A DNA stretch of 54,241 nucleotides, filler included, from Sphacelaria rigidula (lineage: Eukaryota): the NCBI GenBank assembly GCA_964200075.2. It is 5 parts of 5 records of this genome, joined end to end, with 100 filler letters (N's around TTAATTAATTAA, not from the genome) between each part and the next. Parts side by side here need not be neighbours in the genome. Positions count along the whole stretch, not along the records: positions 21,739 to 32,506 come from CAXNAA020005947.1; positions 32,607 to 43,374 come from CAXNAA020005948.1; 3 more parts are not named here. The stretch is one strand, 5' to 3'. Made by a program: the position numbers and the translations under genes. Below are positions 23,936 to 36,600 of this stretch, one piece after another. A model generated the notes under the pieces. It ran no database searches. It was not told where the DNA came from and saw only the letters and a list, made by a program, of their open reading frames with translations. Every line of letters starts with the position of its first letter. Position 1 is the stretch's first letter.

Positions 23936-26539
23936 CTGAACGTCAAGAGAAATTCAACGATTTGTGCGGCATAGAGTGATGGGGGAAGTGCAGGCGCACG
24001 GGGGGTGGGACGTGGGTATTCATTCGCGTGTGCGTCACCGAACGCGAAATGACTGACATCTACTCAGTCCAGAGATTTGTGAATCTTCTACCCAAGAAAT
24101 ATGGTGCACGGTGTCTTCCTGGTGTATCATGGGCTGGGACAGAAACGTTTTCGCATCTCCAATGAACATATCGTGGGCCAGAGGGCCCCACAATGCCGCG
24201 AGTTCATTTCTCCGCGCGTGTGTAATCCGAACATCTGTTGCATCATGTGCGATGTTAATCAGTTGACTATTCCATTTTTTCATATCTCCTCGAGTATCAG
24301 GGCAGGAAGTATCAAATTAAGAAGTGGCAAAAATCTGAAATCTGGCCCATGAGCTTAACGCAAAACAATACGTTGCACCAAGGCATGTTGAAATTTGACG
24401 CGTAGATAGAGCCAGGTAAACACTCCAAATAGAAGCATGGACTACGGCCACGACGGCGTCCCACCACAGATTTGTATTGAACATGATCACGGCACACCGG
24501 TCCTTTTCCGGGATTGCTGGGATATCTCACTATCTTGGGTACAGTCCGAAATATGAAGATTTTTGAGACGCTGCACACTTGATCAATGTAAACAAGCGCG
24601 TGTGAATTCACATACACCATTTGACAGTCGACCACTCTCCCGATGCACGTTATTATAATCGTCTGTTAATACGTATTATATCCATTCCTGCAATTTTCTC
24701 GTGTCTTTCTGTGGGGGCAAGATACTGGCCGCTGCTGGCTACGCACTCGATACCGATGGAGTCTTTTTTTCCCTGACTTCCTCTACATGGGCAAATGACA
24801 TCTTGGCGTGGAGAAAGGGGCGGGACAGTTCAAGGACACGTGGCGACGCCAAGACAAACGAGAATCGGGTTGCCAATCGCAAACCCGCCCTACTAAATAG
24901 CTAGAAAAGCAACAGCAATAGCTCAGGACGAATCCAACATGGGAATGACCGAGATAGTGACCTGCGCTGTACCCGACTAGGGATCACTGCAAAAAATTGG
25001 GCAAACATGGAAACTGATGTGCCCCCATCTTCTGGTATCGATTGTTGGCTTTGCCCTCGGTCGGCGGTTTCGCGGTGCTCCCTGGTGTGTGCTTGTACCT
25101 GCTCTCTCGTGCTGTGTCCTTAGGGTGTCATCACCTCTGTAGTCACTCGCTTCTCTGTTCGCCTTCTCTCCTTATTTTCCTCCCCTTGTGTGTTATTGCC
25201 TTCGCGTGGATGCAAGTAACAACTTCGTGCCCCACTTCCGTAGGGTTAAAGGATGAGAGCTTGATACCCAACATAGAGAGGTCGAAATAGATGAGCATCA
25301 ATCTGTTCCCACGGCTTTTTATGTAGTACATTTGGGAATGAGCGTGGTTATTGCTCAAGATCTTTTCCACCGAAGTCCTGCTGCAGTGTCCGGTCAAATC
25401 CTAGTTTCTTCTATCCCCTTGTCCTTGATTTTTTCCTGTCCTTTCAATTTTGTTCTCTTCTTATTTCCCTAGTCTACTTTGTTCTGTCCTGTTTCTTTTT
25501 CCACTTTTCTTCAGCGATTGTTCCCGTTTTGTTCTCATCTTGGGTACGCCCATCACGTGACCACGGGTGGATCCGCTGGGGGATAGGTTAAGGTGCGATC
25601 ATCAAAAAATCAATTTCATCAAAGGACTTTTTGATTGGCGTTGAGAGGTAGCCACCACATGAGCGTGCCCATCTTACCTCAATCACAATGCGGTTACAAA
25701 CGGAGCGGTACACCGGGCGTCCAATAGCTCGGGTCGACAGTTCAGTCAGCGATACTGGCGCGGGAAACGCAGCACAAGTTATCAGGTATACACTTTCGGT
25801 TGCTCGTAGCGACTCTCTGAAGTACTGAGATGAGGGTGGAGCCTGTAGGGGGTCGGCTTACGTAGTTACCTGTTGGTTCCGCTCTGTTTGGTGATATAGA
25901 TTACTGATATGTCAAGTAATAACATACGATTTACTGTAGCACTTGGCACCTGAGTCAACAGCTTGAGCAACCCCAGTCCAAGAATGTCACGCCGTCTGTT
26001 TCCCGGTACCCAGCCCCGCACCAAAATAAAGAAAAGAATCCACCACCGGAATGCCCGCATAGAAGAACCATTTGACCAGCATTCAGCTGATATCACCCGC
26101 AAAGTAGACACACTGCACACGAGCGGCGGGTCCGACGCATGGGAGTACCGGCAGAGCGCGCGGCACCGGTGGTAAGCTTTGCTCAAGAAGGGATCGTTGC
26201 TGTGGATTTCTGGCTGGAGAGGTGATGATTTCCCCCGTGGGGTGGTCTGAGTAGTGTTGCTCTTCGTTGGTGCAGTGTGTGCACAATGCAACGCCGGCAG
26301 GTGGCGGCCACGCTCTGGGCAATCAGCCAAGAGGATGGGTGTCGCCCAGTGCATAATGTACGTAATCCATGTGAAAAAGAATTAGTTCATTTGCTTCTGG
26401 GGCCACGTTACACGACACGATTTTGTGCATGCATGCCTTGTACAGCCCATTACGCCGCCTTCAAATGTGAAAACTCTACATAAATTTCAGTATGAAAAAT
26501 TGTCATGTGCGGTACCCTCCTGCTCTCATGTGTGACTGC

Positions 26540-27260
26540 ACAAAACTACCGTGGTCTCCAGTGCAATTCTGCACTGTACATCGTCGCCTGTAGTCCAGTG
26601 CGGCGAGCATTGGGAAGACGACACAAGATGCACAGTTGTCGCCATCTGCCGTTGTGTGTTGTGTTGTCGGTTGCCTGACTGTAGTGGAAATTGTCGTGCA
26701 CGGTTCACAGCGGTCTTCCGTTGTACTGCACAGCGCTGGTGTGCACGGTACCCTCCCGTACTCTACCGCACGCCATGGTGTACTGTGTACCGTCGCGCAC
26801 GGTGCACTCTGGCGTGAGATACAGTATAATAACAGCACTCCAGACAGAACACATCGCTAGTGCCCTTTGATGCAGTGTGCTGTGCTGCGCTGTACTCTAG
26901 CACAGTGTGCTGTGCTGGACTGGACTTTACTACAGTTTACTGCAGTGCACGGTACTTTACTGTCCTGTGGTGTACTATAGTGTACTGTGCTGAGCAAGAC
27001 TCGTGCGGTACTGTGCCGTCGGGTATTCCACCACATTATAAGCTGTCAGGCCCGGTCGCGATAGGTGTGTTGTTGAGTAGTGCCCCGTGCCAGTGTGTTC
27101 TGCGCTGTACTAGTGTATACAGTACTCTTCTCTGCTCCACGACTATTTCCTCGACCGTGCTGTCGTCACCAACGTAGGGTCCTCTACTGCCCTATCCTGT
27201 ACCATGCAGCCGTGCACAATACAGTACGATATCCTCAGTACTGCTGTGCCGTGCTCTTGT
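26540..27260. repeat. Degenerate (TACTG/TGCTG)n low-complexity repeat
   Basis: Dense GTACTG, CACTG and TGTGCTG motifs; this explains the Cys/Thr/Val-rich spurious ORFs here. Confidence 0.75.
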
Positions 27261-27353
27261 GTTCGATGCCGTATGTTGAGCAGACTGTTCCAATTTCCAT
27301 GGCGCGGTAGTCGCTCCACAAACTGGGTGGCTTCTCCGCAGGTGTGACCTACC

Positions 27354-29470
27354 ATGAAGACGCCCCCCAAGGCACTGACCGGGATTCACCAGCACCTTGA
27401 CGAGCCTGAAATCGATGACGCTGGGACACCGGTGAGAGATGCTGGAAATCAATCCACCGCGATAAAATAGTTGCCTACCCCCCCCCCCGGCCCCCGCCCC
27501 CATGTGTTACCGGAAATTGTGCCAACATATATGGTTTGAGCTTGATCTCACTTCACAAGCGGCGAAGGTGTTCGATGTTAAACACACTCATTAACATCCG
27601 GTGGATTGATGCGGTAGAATTCCATTTTGGAGGGACTTTGGACATGTATCCCGCGTGCGTGTAAGGAACGGGCACATAGCACCCACCATGCAGCACCCCC
27701 TCCATATATGTGCGCAAACAGCACGAGTACACTTTGTCATTTAATTGGAACGGGTGCCAATATCCCCTCCCGCCCCTGGCCTCGATCACCATCGTGACTA
27801 CTTCCCCTGCGTGTTTGCGACTGCATGCAGGTGGTTGCCGGAAGCCTCGCAGATATTCGGCTCGCGGCGGCGGGATACTCTGCACAAGAAACCACCACTC
27901 ACACAGGTAACTGGTCGTCACGCAGAAGCAGCCATGCGGACGTTCGCTGCACTAGGCTTTGCGAAGTCGCACGTCGGCACCGCGCGCGCCAATAACTCAA
28001 GCGTTACAGCCAGAGGTGGGGGATGAAAATGAGTCGGAGGGTAATGGTGACGCGGCGGCAACAGACAGTGATGAAGAGTCGGGATCGGATGAGAGCACCT
28101 GGTCGGATGCCTCTTCTGATTCGGACGGAGACGGTGGAGGGGATCCGATGAAGAGACATCTGCAGCGGCTTGTGTTGTGTCGGAGTGGTGTAGTCACGTT
28201 GAGGTGAGGTGTGCAGTTGAGGAGAGTTGAAGATGCCGTGTACAGCGGAGGGCAGAGGGCTACGCAGACGTGAGATACCCCCATTTGTGCCGATCTTCCG
28301 TGCTGCGTACAGAACACCGGCCATATATAGGCAGTGTTCCTTCCCGGCCGGTGTATGGCAGGGCAATGTCGCACGTCGCTTCATTGTGTGTCTTCGTCGA
28401 TGACAGGATCTATGCCCTAAATAAAGCGTTTGTAGTAGAGGAGCTGCGATCTGTTTCTTCCCACGACCATTGTTTTCTACGATTGGATATGCTAGGTTCC
28501 GCGCGAGACCTCGTAAGTCGAAGCCATGTCACAGAGACAGAAAAAATGTTTATTGGCTTTTTCTAGGCTTATAAAAAAAATTACGTCTTCGTCTACAATG
28601 CTGTTGTGTTTTACTTCGTCTGATTCTTCCTTTTCTTCAGCGAGTGTTTTCGTTTTGTTTTGTTCAGTCCTGAGTACACGTTTATAATGTGCCCGCGGCG
28701 GGATTCGTAGGGGGTGAGCTCAAGTCCGACAATCAATTAAAATCAATCAACCGATCGATCGATCATTTTCCAACGCCTGCGGCGGGTTGCCAACGCCGTG
28801 GAGCCTGCCATCTTGCCACTACCGTTCCCCTGTGGAATGGCTGTTTGATGTATGCAAGTAAGCATGTCGCACGGGAAATTATGCCAATGTGTGCATCTGC
28901 GGCGCCATGCCTCTAAAGTCATGAGGAGACCCATACGCATCCCATGCGTCGCTCAGCCATCCTAGGAGTGTACCATCACTCACCAAGGGGGAGCAGGGTG
29001 GGCGTCATGCCCCTGACCCTGGCCGGCGTTTGCAGGGGAGGGATGAACGCACTACTAAAAATGAGACTATTTCTGGCGCCATACGTGTCGGATGGGTCCA
29101 GAATGCCGAAAGTGTGTCTGCTGATGCTTGTATCTCGCATGTCTTCACGTCTTCCCCATTTACTGCCCGTTTGCACCACTCCGTCGCACACTGGTCAGAT
29201 ATAATTCTAAGATGATACTTCAGCGAAGCAGGTCTCACACTCGCACAATCATCCCCTTGTCCCTCCAATGGTTATTACGCGCGCCACGCTGCCCCTCACG
29301 TGCTCACCTGTGTTGGCTACATCGGACCTGAGGTTTTGAACCCGTGAACCTGGGGGCGGCGCAAGGGTACATCCCGTGCATATTTCTCTCGTGTTTAGTG
29401 ATTATCTAGGCGGTGGACCGCATCAATGTTTTGTATAAAGAAGGAGGTGGTCGCCTGATTCATGGCCTCG

Positions 29471-29505
<35 letters not shown>

Positions 29506-29549
29506 CGGGGGGGGGCTTTTTTGGGGGGGGGGGGGGGGGGGGGGAGGAA

Positions 29550-29587
<38 letters not shown>

Positions 29588-29819
29588 GAGTTGGGAGCGC
29601 GCGGGTCCCTTTCTGGTGCTTGGATTCCAGGCGGAGGAAAAAAGGTGGGTGTGGAAGGCCGCCGAACCATACGCCGTGATACTGTCGGTACTGTGTGTCT
29701 TGTTCGCATTTTACTGTCGGGATCATGACAACTTATTCAGACCATGTGAAGAGGTGGTGCAGGAAGAATTCGAAGTTGTCGATGCTGAAGCCGGAAGTTC
29801 ATTTTCAAAGGGTCGGTGA
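27354..29819 (+). CDS. Hypothetical acidic protein (spliced model, low confidence)
   Basis: Phase-consistent exons: 27354-27431 (MKTPPKALTGIHQHLDEPEIDDAGTP|GTGAG), 27956-28203 (acidic DENESEGNGD...DSDGDGGGDPMKRHLQRLVLCRSGVVTLR, AG|GTGAG) and 29741-29819 (PCEEVVQEEFEVVDAEAGSSFSKGR*). No recognised domain. Confidence 0.4.
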
Positions 29820-30336
29820 ATGTTTCGGTGATCACAATGGGATGAGATCTTGTGACACTGCCTGCTGATAGCTGGGTGGTATGGTAATGGGGGAACTCCC
29901 AAGTGATGTGTCGACAGAGAGCAGTCCGCCAGAGGTTGATTGGGCGGCGACCACGACATGTATCGCGCCGGAAAGCAGCCATATAAAGCATGGCAGGAGG
30001 GGTGGTGACATTGAGTATGGGCGAGCCCTGGGACGCGGCCAAACGATTGCTGACCTCGGTCGTGCGGGGACTGAGCGCAGCGGAGACAAGGACATATGGC
30101 AGTAGATGGTACTATGTATTGTGCGGCGAACATTCGCCGACAAGGTCGGTTGGAGGGGATTATATCTATACATATATATATAAATATACTTGCCCTGTAT
30201 AATTCTTGGAGTCTCGCACGTTCATTAAAACGAGAAAGAAATCGCGAAGAGAATATGCCGCGCTCCTTTTACTGAGTAATCAAAATTGAGGTAGGAGCTT
30301 TTCGTCGGGGATGCTAATCCGGAGAATTCAAATGCC

Positions 30337-30639
30337 CGTATCCACACCAAATGTTGGACATATGGTTGCGTCCCTCCAGCTCGACGTAGGTATTCTCAAC
30401 TACTAAGCGGCATGAAAAATTGGACACAGATGACCGAAATGTTGGGGTTCTAGGTGAACAAAATATGGGGGATATAGTGAATATGAACGGACCACCCGAT
30501 TCCCCCGGGATCATTCCTTCACCTAGAACCCCAACATTTCGGGTCTCGTAGTCCAAACTTGCACTGCTAGTGATACCGGTCAGTAGCTACGAGGAGCCGA
30601 AGGAATGCGACCATATTTGAAAGAGTGGGTGTGGATACG
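30337..30639. mobile_element. Foldback/MITE-like element with nested inverted repeats
   Basis: Perfect 25-bp IR CCGAAATGTTGGGGTTCTAGGTGAA (30434-58 / 30518-42), outer perfect 12-bp IR CGTATCCACACC (30337-48 / 30628-39), and an intermediate imperfect ATATGGT.GC.T.CCT arm. Confidence 0.65.
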
Positions 30640-32271
30640 AAGATTTTCACTTTCGAGGTCAGCATCTTTAATCAAAAGCTCCATCCTCACGTTTGATGAT
30701 CGACTGTTACATGTTGTCAGCACGAAAATATTGTACCATTCACTATGCTTCGAAGGTACTGTTACTTTTCTTGTCGGGGAACTTTTTTTTTTTCGCAATA
30801 TAAGTAGCGATTAATGTTATCAAAATAAAGCTAGCCCCGTTAACAAGGACCCTGACCACAATGCCAATATAAGCGCCATGCACCCTCATGCGGGGAGAAC
30901 GACGATCCCGGGGATTTCAACCTTTCGCTCGCCGCTGTGGCGTCGTAAAGTCGGTAAAAGGCACTGTAAATAGTCGCGCTGCGATTGATGCGAAGTACAC
31001 AGTCAGACGTCTATCAGCATCATGATGTATACTGCTGAGGAGACACTGTTTTGGAGTTGACGGTCGTTCGCGTCATTTTTTTAAGGAACCCTGTCAAATT
31101 GTGTGATATGGCGTGCAACTTCGGGGGCAAACACTCCGTCGCAAGGGGCTAACCCTTTACAGAGTAAAGACGGAGCAGTCGTCCTTACATTGTGCACTTT
31201 ACTGCAACAATTGACGTCCGGAAAACTTGCCCACTTCCTTCCTAGCAATAACTAGGTCTACATTCCAAAATAAGAGTCACGACTGTGCGCAAATCTGCGC
31301 AAACGGGGACGAAACGTGCATTCGTCGAGCCCCACATCGTGACAGGACGAACGCGGTATGGAGATGTTGCCAACGCCGACACCCCCCGGCGATATAGCAC
31401 CTGCGCGACACCTCCGACTGCGACCAACTGAACTGCCAAAATAATTGCAGGCATATCGTGCGGCGGGGCGATTTCGTGAAGCCTAACCCACAGTGCTCGG
31501 ATATACGGTAGCGTACTTGTCCCCATCTCTCGCGTGCTGCCGCAGGGATGCTGCAGTTTCGCCTGTATCTTTCGGTACCAGGATATGCGGCGTAACTGCA
31601 CCTGGTGTATCTTTGGACGGTCGACTGGTGCCATTTTCGACTTTTATGCATCATTTTTGATTGCGCAGTTCTCGAACGCCGCTTGAGCGAATCACGTGAA
31701 ACTTGGTGCACCAGTTGGGCACATCACAGGCAGCATATGCCCCCGAGCACAGCTCCTTTCCGTGTGCGGGCGAGTTAATCGACGCGAATTCCGATTTTCG
31801 GCAATACCGTCTGTATGCCCTCAGAATGGCTATCTCACGTCCGAAATTCTGTGCACCGTGAGTTGATGCATATGTGGACATGGTACCTCACTCACTTCTG
31901 CATCACGGCAACCTGGGAGGCTGCAGTATTCGCGAACAAACATAGATCAGTACTGGAGCCGCCTCTGGATTATGACAATCTGTAGAAAAGCCATCCCGGT
32001 ATCGACTGTAGAGATGCTCAGGGCAGGAAGCACGGCGGTGCGGGCGCTGTTGTCGCTGCTATGCGCTGAAACTTCGGGAACATCTCATGTACCCCACACC
32101 CACAGTCAACAAGCCCACGAGTCTGCATCTGGGGTTGGGTGTAGCAGCAGTGCGCGAGGGGATGAAATGAGCTCCAATTCTGTTCCGAGATATAACAATT
32201 AATTCATTTATATCTTTTTCGCCGTTGAAGAGCATTGGACGCAGGTGCACATTTTTTCATCTTTTTCACTT

Positions 32272-32470
32272 GGTTTTAGAGTACAGCTAAACGGCGTTCC
32301 CACAAGCTCTGAGAGGCCAGCATTTGCTCACACTTGATTTTAGAGTACGGCGACACGGTGTCATTCGGTCGTCCTCAGCAGCTCAGAGAGGCGAGCATTT
32401 GCTCTTACTCGATTTTAGAGTACAGCGAACGGGGTCATTTCGTTCTCTCAAGCTCCGACAAAGCAGCATT
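32272..32470. repeat. Degenerate tandem repeat, about 3 units of 63-76 bp
   Basis: TTTTAGAGTAC.GC...AGCTC.GAGAGGC.AGCATTTGCTC repeated. Confidence 0.8.
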
Positions 32471-32506
32471 GCATGATTCCCCTTGAGGAGGTTTCGGAGG
32501 TTTCGG

Positions 32507-32606
32507 NNNNNNNNNNNNNNNNNNNNNNNNNNNNNNNNNNNNNNNNNNNNTTAATTAATTAANNNNNNNNNNNNNNNNNNNNNNNNNNNNNNNNNNNNNN
32601 NNNNNN
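32507..32606. other. Artificial contig linker
   Basis: N-TTAATTAATTAA-N, 100 nt. Confidence 0.98.
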
Positions 32607-32675
32607 ATATCCCGAAAGGGGTAGACTGGCGCCCAGAATAAATGGGACGACAACACACAACACAACACAACAACT
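32607..32675 (+). mobile_element. 3' end of SINE (same family as 39352-39745), cut by contig start
   Basis: CCGAAAGGGGTAGACTGGCGCCCAGAATAAATGGGACGAC plus an (ACACA)n tail; matches the reverse complement of the 39380-39430 segment. Confidence 0.7.
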
Positions 32676-33699
32676 AAAGAAGCGGTCTTACACTTGACAC
32701 TATCTGTGCCGTGCACCACGACCGTCACACGGGAGAGCTGACCGACGAGCATTTCCACTCTTCCAGATTCATATTTGTGCTGACGCGCCTCCACGGTCTC
32801 ATGGTACAACTAGCACCATTAGAGCGGGGAAAGCCCGTCGGTAAGTCTAGTTTGCTTGTCACAAGTACCGATAATACCCTATTTCTGTCGTTGAAAACAC
32901 AAGAACGCGAGTAACAAAAAGACGCTGTGTGGCTGAGACGTTGGACGCAAGTCAACGCGGCGCGGGAGTGCTAATCTAATCCGTACGCGATACGAAAATA
33001 TAAGACGCATGTTGTGGATAATGACTACGGCTGAATGTCTCGGGGATCAGTTCATGTCCGACCATCAATCGATCATCAATCAAGGCATGCGCCGGGGGAG
33101 ATATGGGCTGGTGATTCTCGTGGTCACACACTCGTCCCGACGAAGAGGAAGGGTTCACACCGTGGAAAAAATATGGTCAATAGATGCAATGGACAAGAAA
33201 TGTAGTGGGTAGAGCATAGGCCTACTACATTGTCCGGGGTGTGGAAAGGTTACAAATGAGTGACATCCAAAAAGAGTCGACAGTGGTAAAAACGATTTCC
33301 AGCAATTCGAAAGGTGAAGTATTCCCCGACCGTCTCTCAAGTTCAACGATGCATCACCATCATGCACTGTAGAACGAGCATACAAACACATTGCAATCTC
33401 ATGGGGGCAACGACCAACCGGAGTCATGATCATCATAAATTCAATTTCATCTGGAGGAGTAGAACGAAAGACACAAGAACGAACATCCTGGATGGACGAT
33501 GATGACCGACCGTGCACGCAGCTAATTACAAGGACGAACATATCAGAACCCAACTAAAGAGGGTACATCACAGCACACCTCGACACTTCACGCCCACAAT
33601 ATCTAGTCGAGTACCTGCAGATCTGGAGGACTTTGAACGACCAGTGAGGGTCTCTAAAAACACGGGACAAGAATAAAACTCGAAAGATTGACCACAACA

Positions 33700-36600
33700 T
33701 TAACGCAAACGACTTGTCAACGTGCGCCCGCTGCTCTTGCCAGCAGCAGCATGACTCCCCACACCCTCCACCTTGCCATCATCACCACCACTACCTCCGC
33801 CTCCCGCCCCGACGAAACGCCTTTTTACAGCAGCCCTCGCGTCGCCTACGGACAAAATCGGTGCCTCTATGATGGCCAACAACTCTCCTCCACCGCCGCC
33901 CTGTCCTGGGGTCACTCGCCTGCCGATTATCCATCGGTTACCCTTGGACATTGAGGTGCGTATACCGATCTCCTCGGGAGGCGGTGGCGGATTCCGCTGC
34001 CGATATGTCCCGTTGTTGTTCAGAGTCTTGGAGCTCTGATCCTCGTTCTCTTGCTCACCTTCCTCGAATTGTTGTCGCTGTTGCTGCTGCTGCTGTTTGG
34101 CCTCCACCCCTGACTCTTGTTCCACTTCCCTTTCCCCTTGCTCGCTGCTCGCTGCTACCGTTGACAATACGCCATCATCACAGTTCTTACCCGTCACGCC
34201 TACTACTCCTTCCCTCCCACCATTCTCTCCACTCTCGTTGAGACCATTGCAGAAACAGTTTTTCACCTGCAGACCACTGCCGCCGCCGCTGCCCCCTCGA
34301 AAAGCATCGCGATAAGATTCTGGATCTCGCAACGACGCGTGTATATCATCCAGAGCGGCCAGTTGCTGGTGCCCTTTTCCCAATAAACGTTGCATTCTAA
34401 GATCCTCAACGCCGACGTCAGGCCTTCCGCGTCTCGAAAACGCCTCCACCAGGGCCTTGAAACCCTCGTCACACCCCCTGCCCCCCCCCGCCCATGGCCT
34501 CTGCCGCCGCCCATTACGCCCACCAACCGGCACAGACGACGCCATACCACCATGCTTCTTAGCCCCCTCTGCGCCGGCGACGTTAGCATCTCTCCAGCAA
34601 CCACTGCCTCCGTCACGGCAACGTACTGTGGTTCTTGTCGTCTCAGCCGTCACGCCAAGGGCTTGATGGAAAATAGCAGCGGGGTCGAGGAAGTTGTCAC
34701 GGTCGGACGGTCCCACCGATTCAGTAACATGCCCCGGGAGGGCAAAAGTAGACGGAACAGCGCCTGCCGCCGCCGCCGCCGAAGGTCCAGAATCAGGTCG
34801 CATCTGCATCGGCATAGAAGCAGAAGGAGTAGGAGCAGGAGGAGGAGTGCCATAAGGAGGAGGGCGCACCAGTCCTACGCCGTAGAAGCACGGCACGGGA
34901 CAGTGACGGTACTGAACGGCTCGCAGCGGCGGTGGTGGGGGGAGGTGGGCGGGTGAAGCGAAGCCCGCAGCGAAGGAGTTTTTCTGCTTCACGGAGCCGC
35001 CGCCACGAAATCCGCCGAAGGCACCGCTGATTGTCGGGAGTGGCTTGGGAGGGGGATCGGGGGTGACGGTTTGCGAATAGAGGTCGAGCGCGTCGTCTTC
35101 AAGGACGGCCAGGTCTGGATCTTCTGCCAGACAGGATTGCACGGTTTCTCCCAGCGCGATGAGCTGTTTGGTACGTTGGGGTGTTCGTTTGGGTGCGGAA
35201 GGGAGAGTGCAGCATGAGGGACCCGGGGTGGGAATGCGGGAGGGGGTCAGATGTGCTTGTGTTAACCAAGTGCCTCGCGCATGCTGGTCAGGTGCAAAAG
35301 GTTGACGTGCGGATAAGAAATACCTCAAGGATTGGGGAAGGGTGAAACATGTAATCGTCAACTATTAGGTGAACCAAGCTATATCTTACGTTGAGTGTGC
35401 AGCAGCAGGAGATATCTTTCCAAGGCTACCGCAGCGTGAACAAGCCACGACAGCCAATGACGCGACAAGACAGCAGTACCATGCGCACTTGGTTACAAGA
35501 ACGGCACAAGCGAGGCATTAAAAAATCCATCAACGTGCTAGTCCGCCCCTCACACAAACACGCAACAGCCTAGCACCAACGTATACGAACACACCACAAG
35601 CTAAAATCAACAGAAAGCCCCGCCTGAGTCCACTGCATCCCCCGGGCAGCTCACTACTACCCCCGGGAATAACCCACCTCCGCTGGATCTACACCGCAGC
35701 AGTCGAGTTCACCCTCCTCTTGCTCCTCTTCCCCACGGCAGCAGCGAATATCCGCACCACTGCTACAAGTATCATTCGCACTGCCATCACCGCTGACTTT
35801 TTCTCCGATGACATCAGCCTGCCGCCGACACAAATCACTCTCTCCTACATCCAGCTGCATGCCCGCCTCTTCAAAAGACACGAGGGCACACAAGCCGCCT
35901 CTGAGGTAGACAACTAGCCGTCGCCGACCCCGCCTCCGCCGTCGACAGCCGAGGATGCGATCACCGCAGGTACTACTGTTTGAGCCGGAGACTAGAGACG
36001 GCTCGAGCGGGTGCAGACGGGGCGCCCAGATTTCCGCGCCGTCTGTGGGCGGCATGAAGGAAAAGAACGTAAAAAAATACGCGCAAGGGGAGAGGTAGGA
36101 GAACGGGTGTGGTGAACAAGTGTACTGATGCGGAATAACACTAGTGAAAAGGTGTTTTCGTGATATAGTCGGATTGACGCGGCGGTGCATTGGGCCAATG
36201 GGTAGCCACCGGGCATGACCGAGCTATGCTGGGATTGCCACCTGTCGTAGATTCTTCTTTCCCTCCCACGGTCGGATGTGCATGGTAAGAACGTGGAGGT
36301 ATCGAACAAAATGGAGGCCGAGACATGACGTTAGCCTACGTGCGGTCGCCCCGTTGTTTTGTGGCTTCCCCTATTTTTCAATGAAACGGTCCTGGTCTGA
36401 CTTCTGTCTCGGGGAACACAATTCCAACAAAAAATGTCCAAAAATAAGCTAACAGCTGATTTTGACACGCAAGTACTCGATGACGGATGGCATTCCTACG
36501 CGTATTTCAATCTTAACACAAGAAGTACCATACAGTTGATCTATACTGAACATAAACGAAGCACGCCACTGAAATCAGTATATTCGATCTGCCATTCATT

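Noticed and set aside
29395-29728. Poly-Pro/poly-Gly ORFs (formin/extensin-like)
   Set aside because: They derive from a low-quality poly-G tract open in all frames.
32272-32470. CRISPR-like array (GTTTTAGAG start resembles type II-A repeats)
   Set aside because: Only about 3 units, the 'spacers' resemble each other, there are no cas genes and the context is eukaryotic; it is a degenerate tandem repeat.
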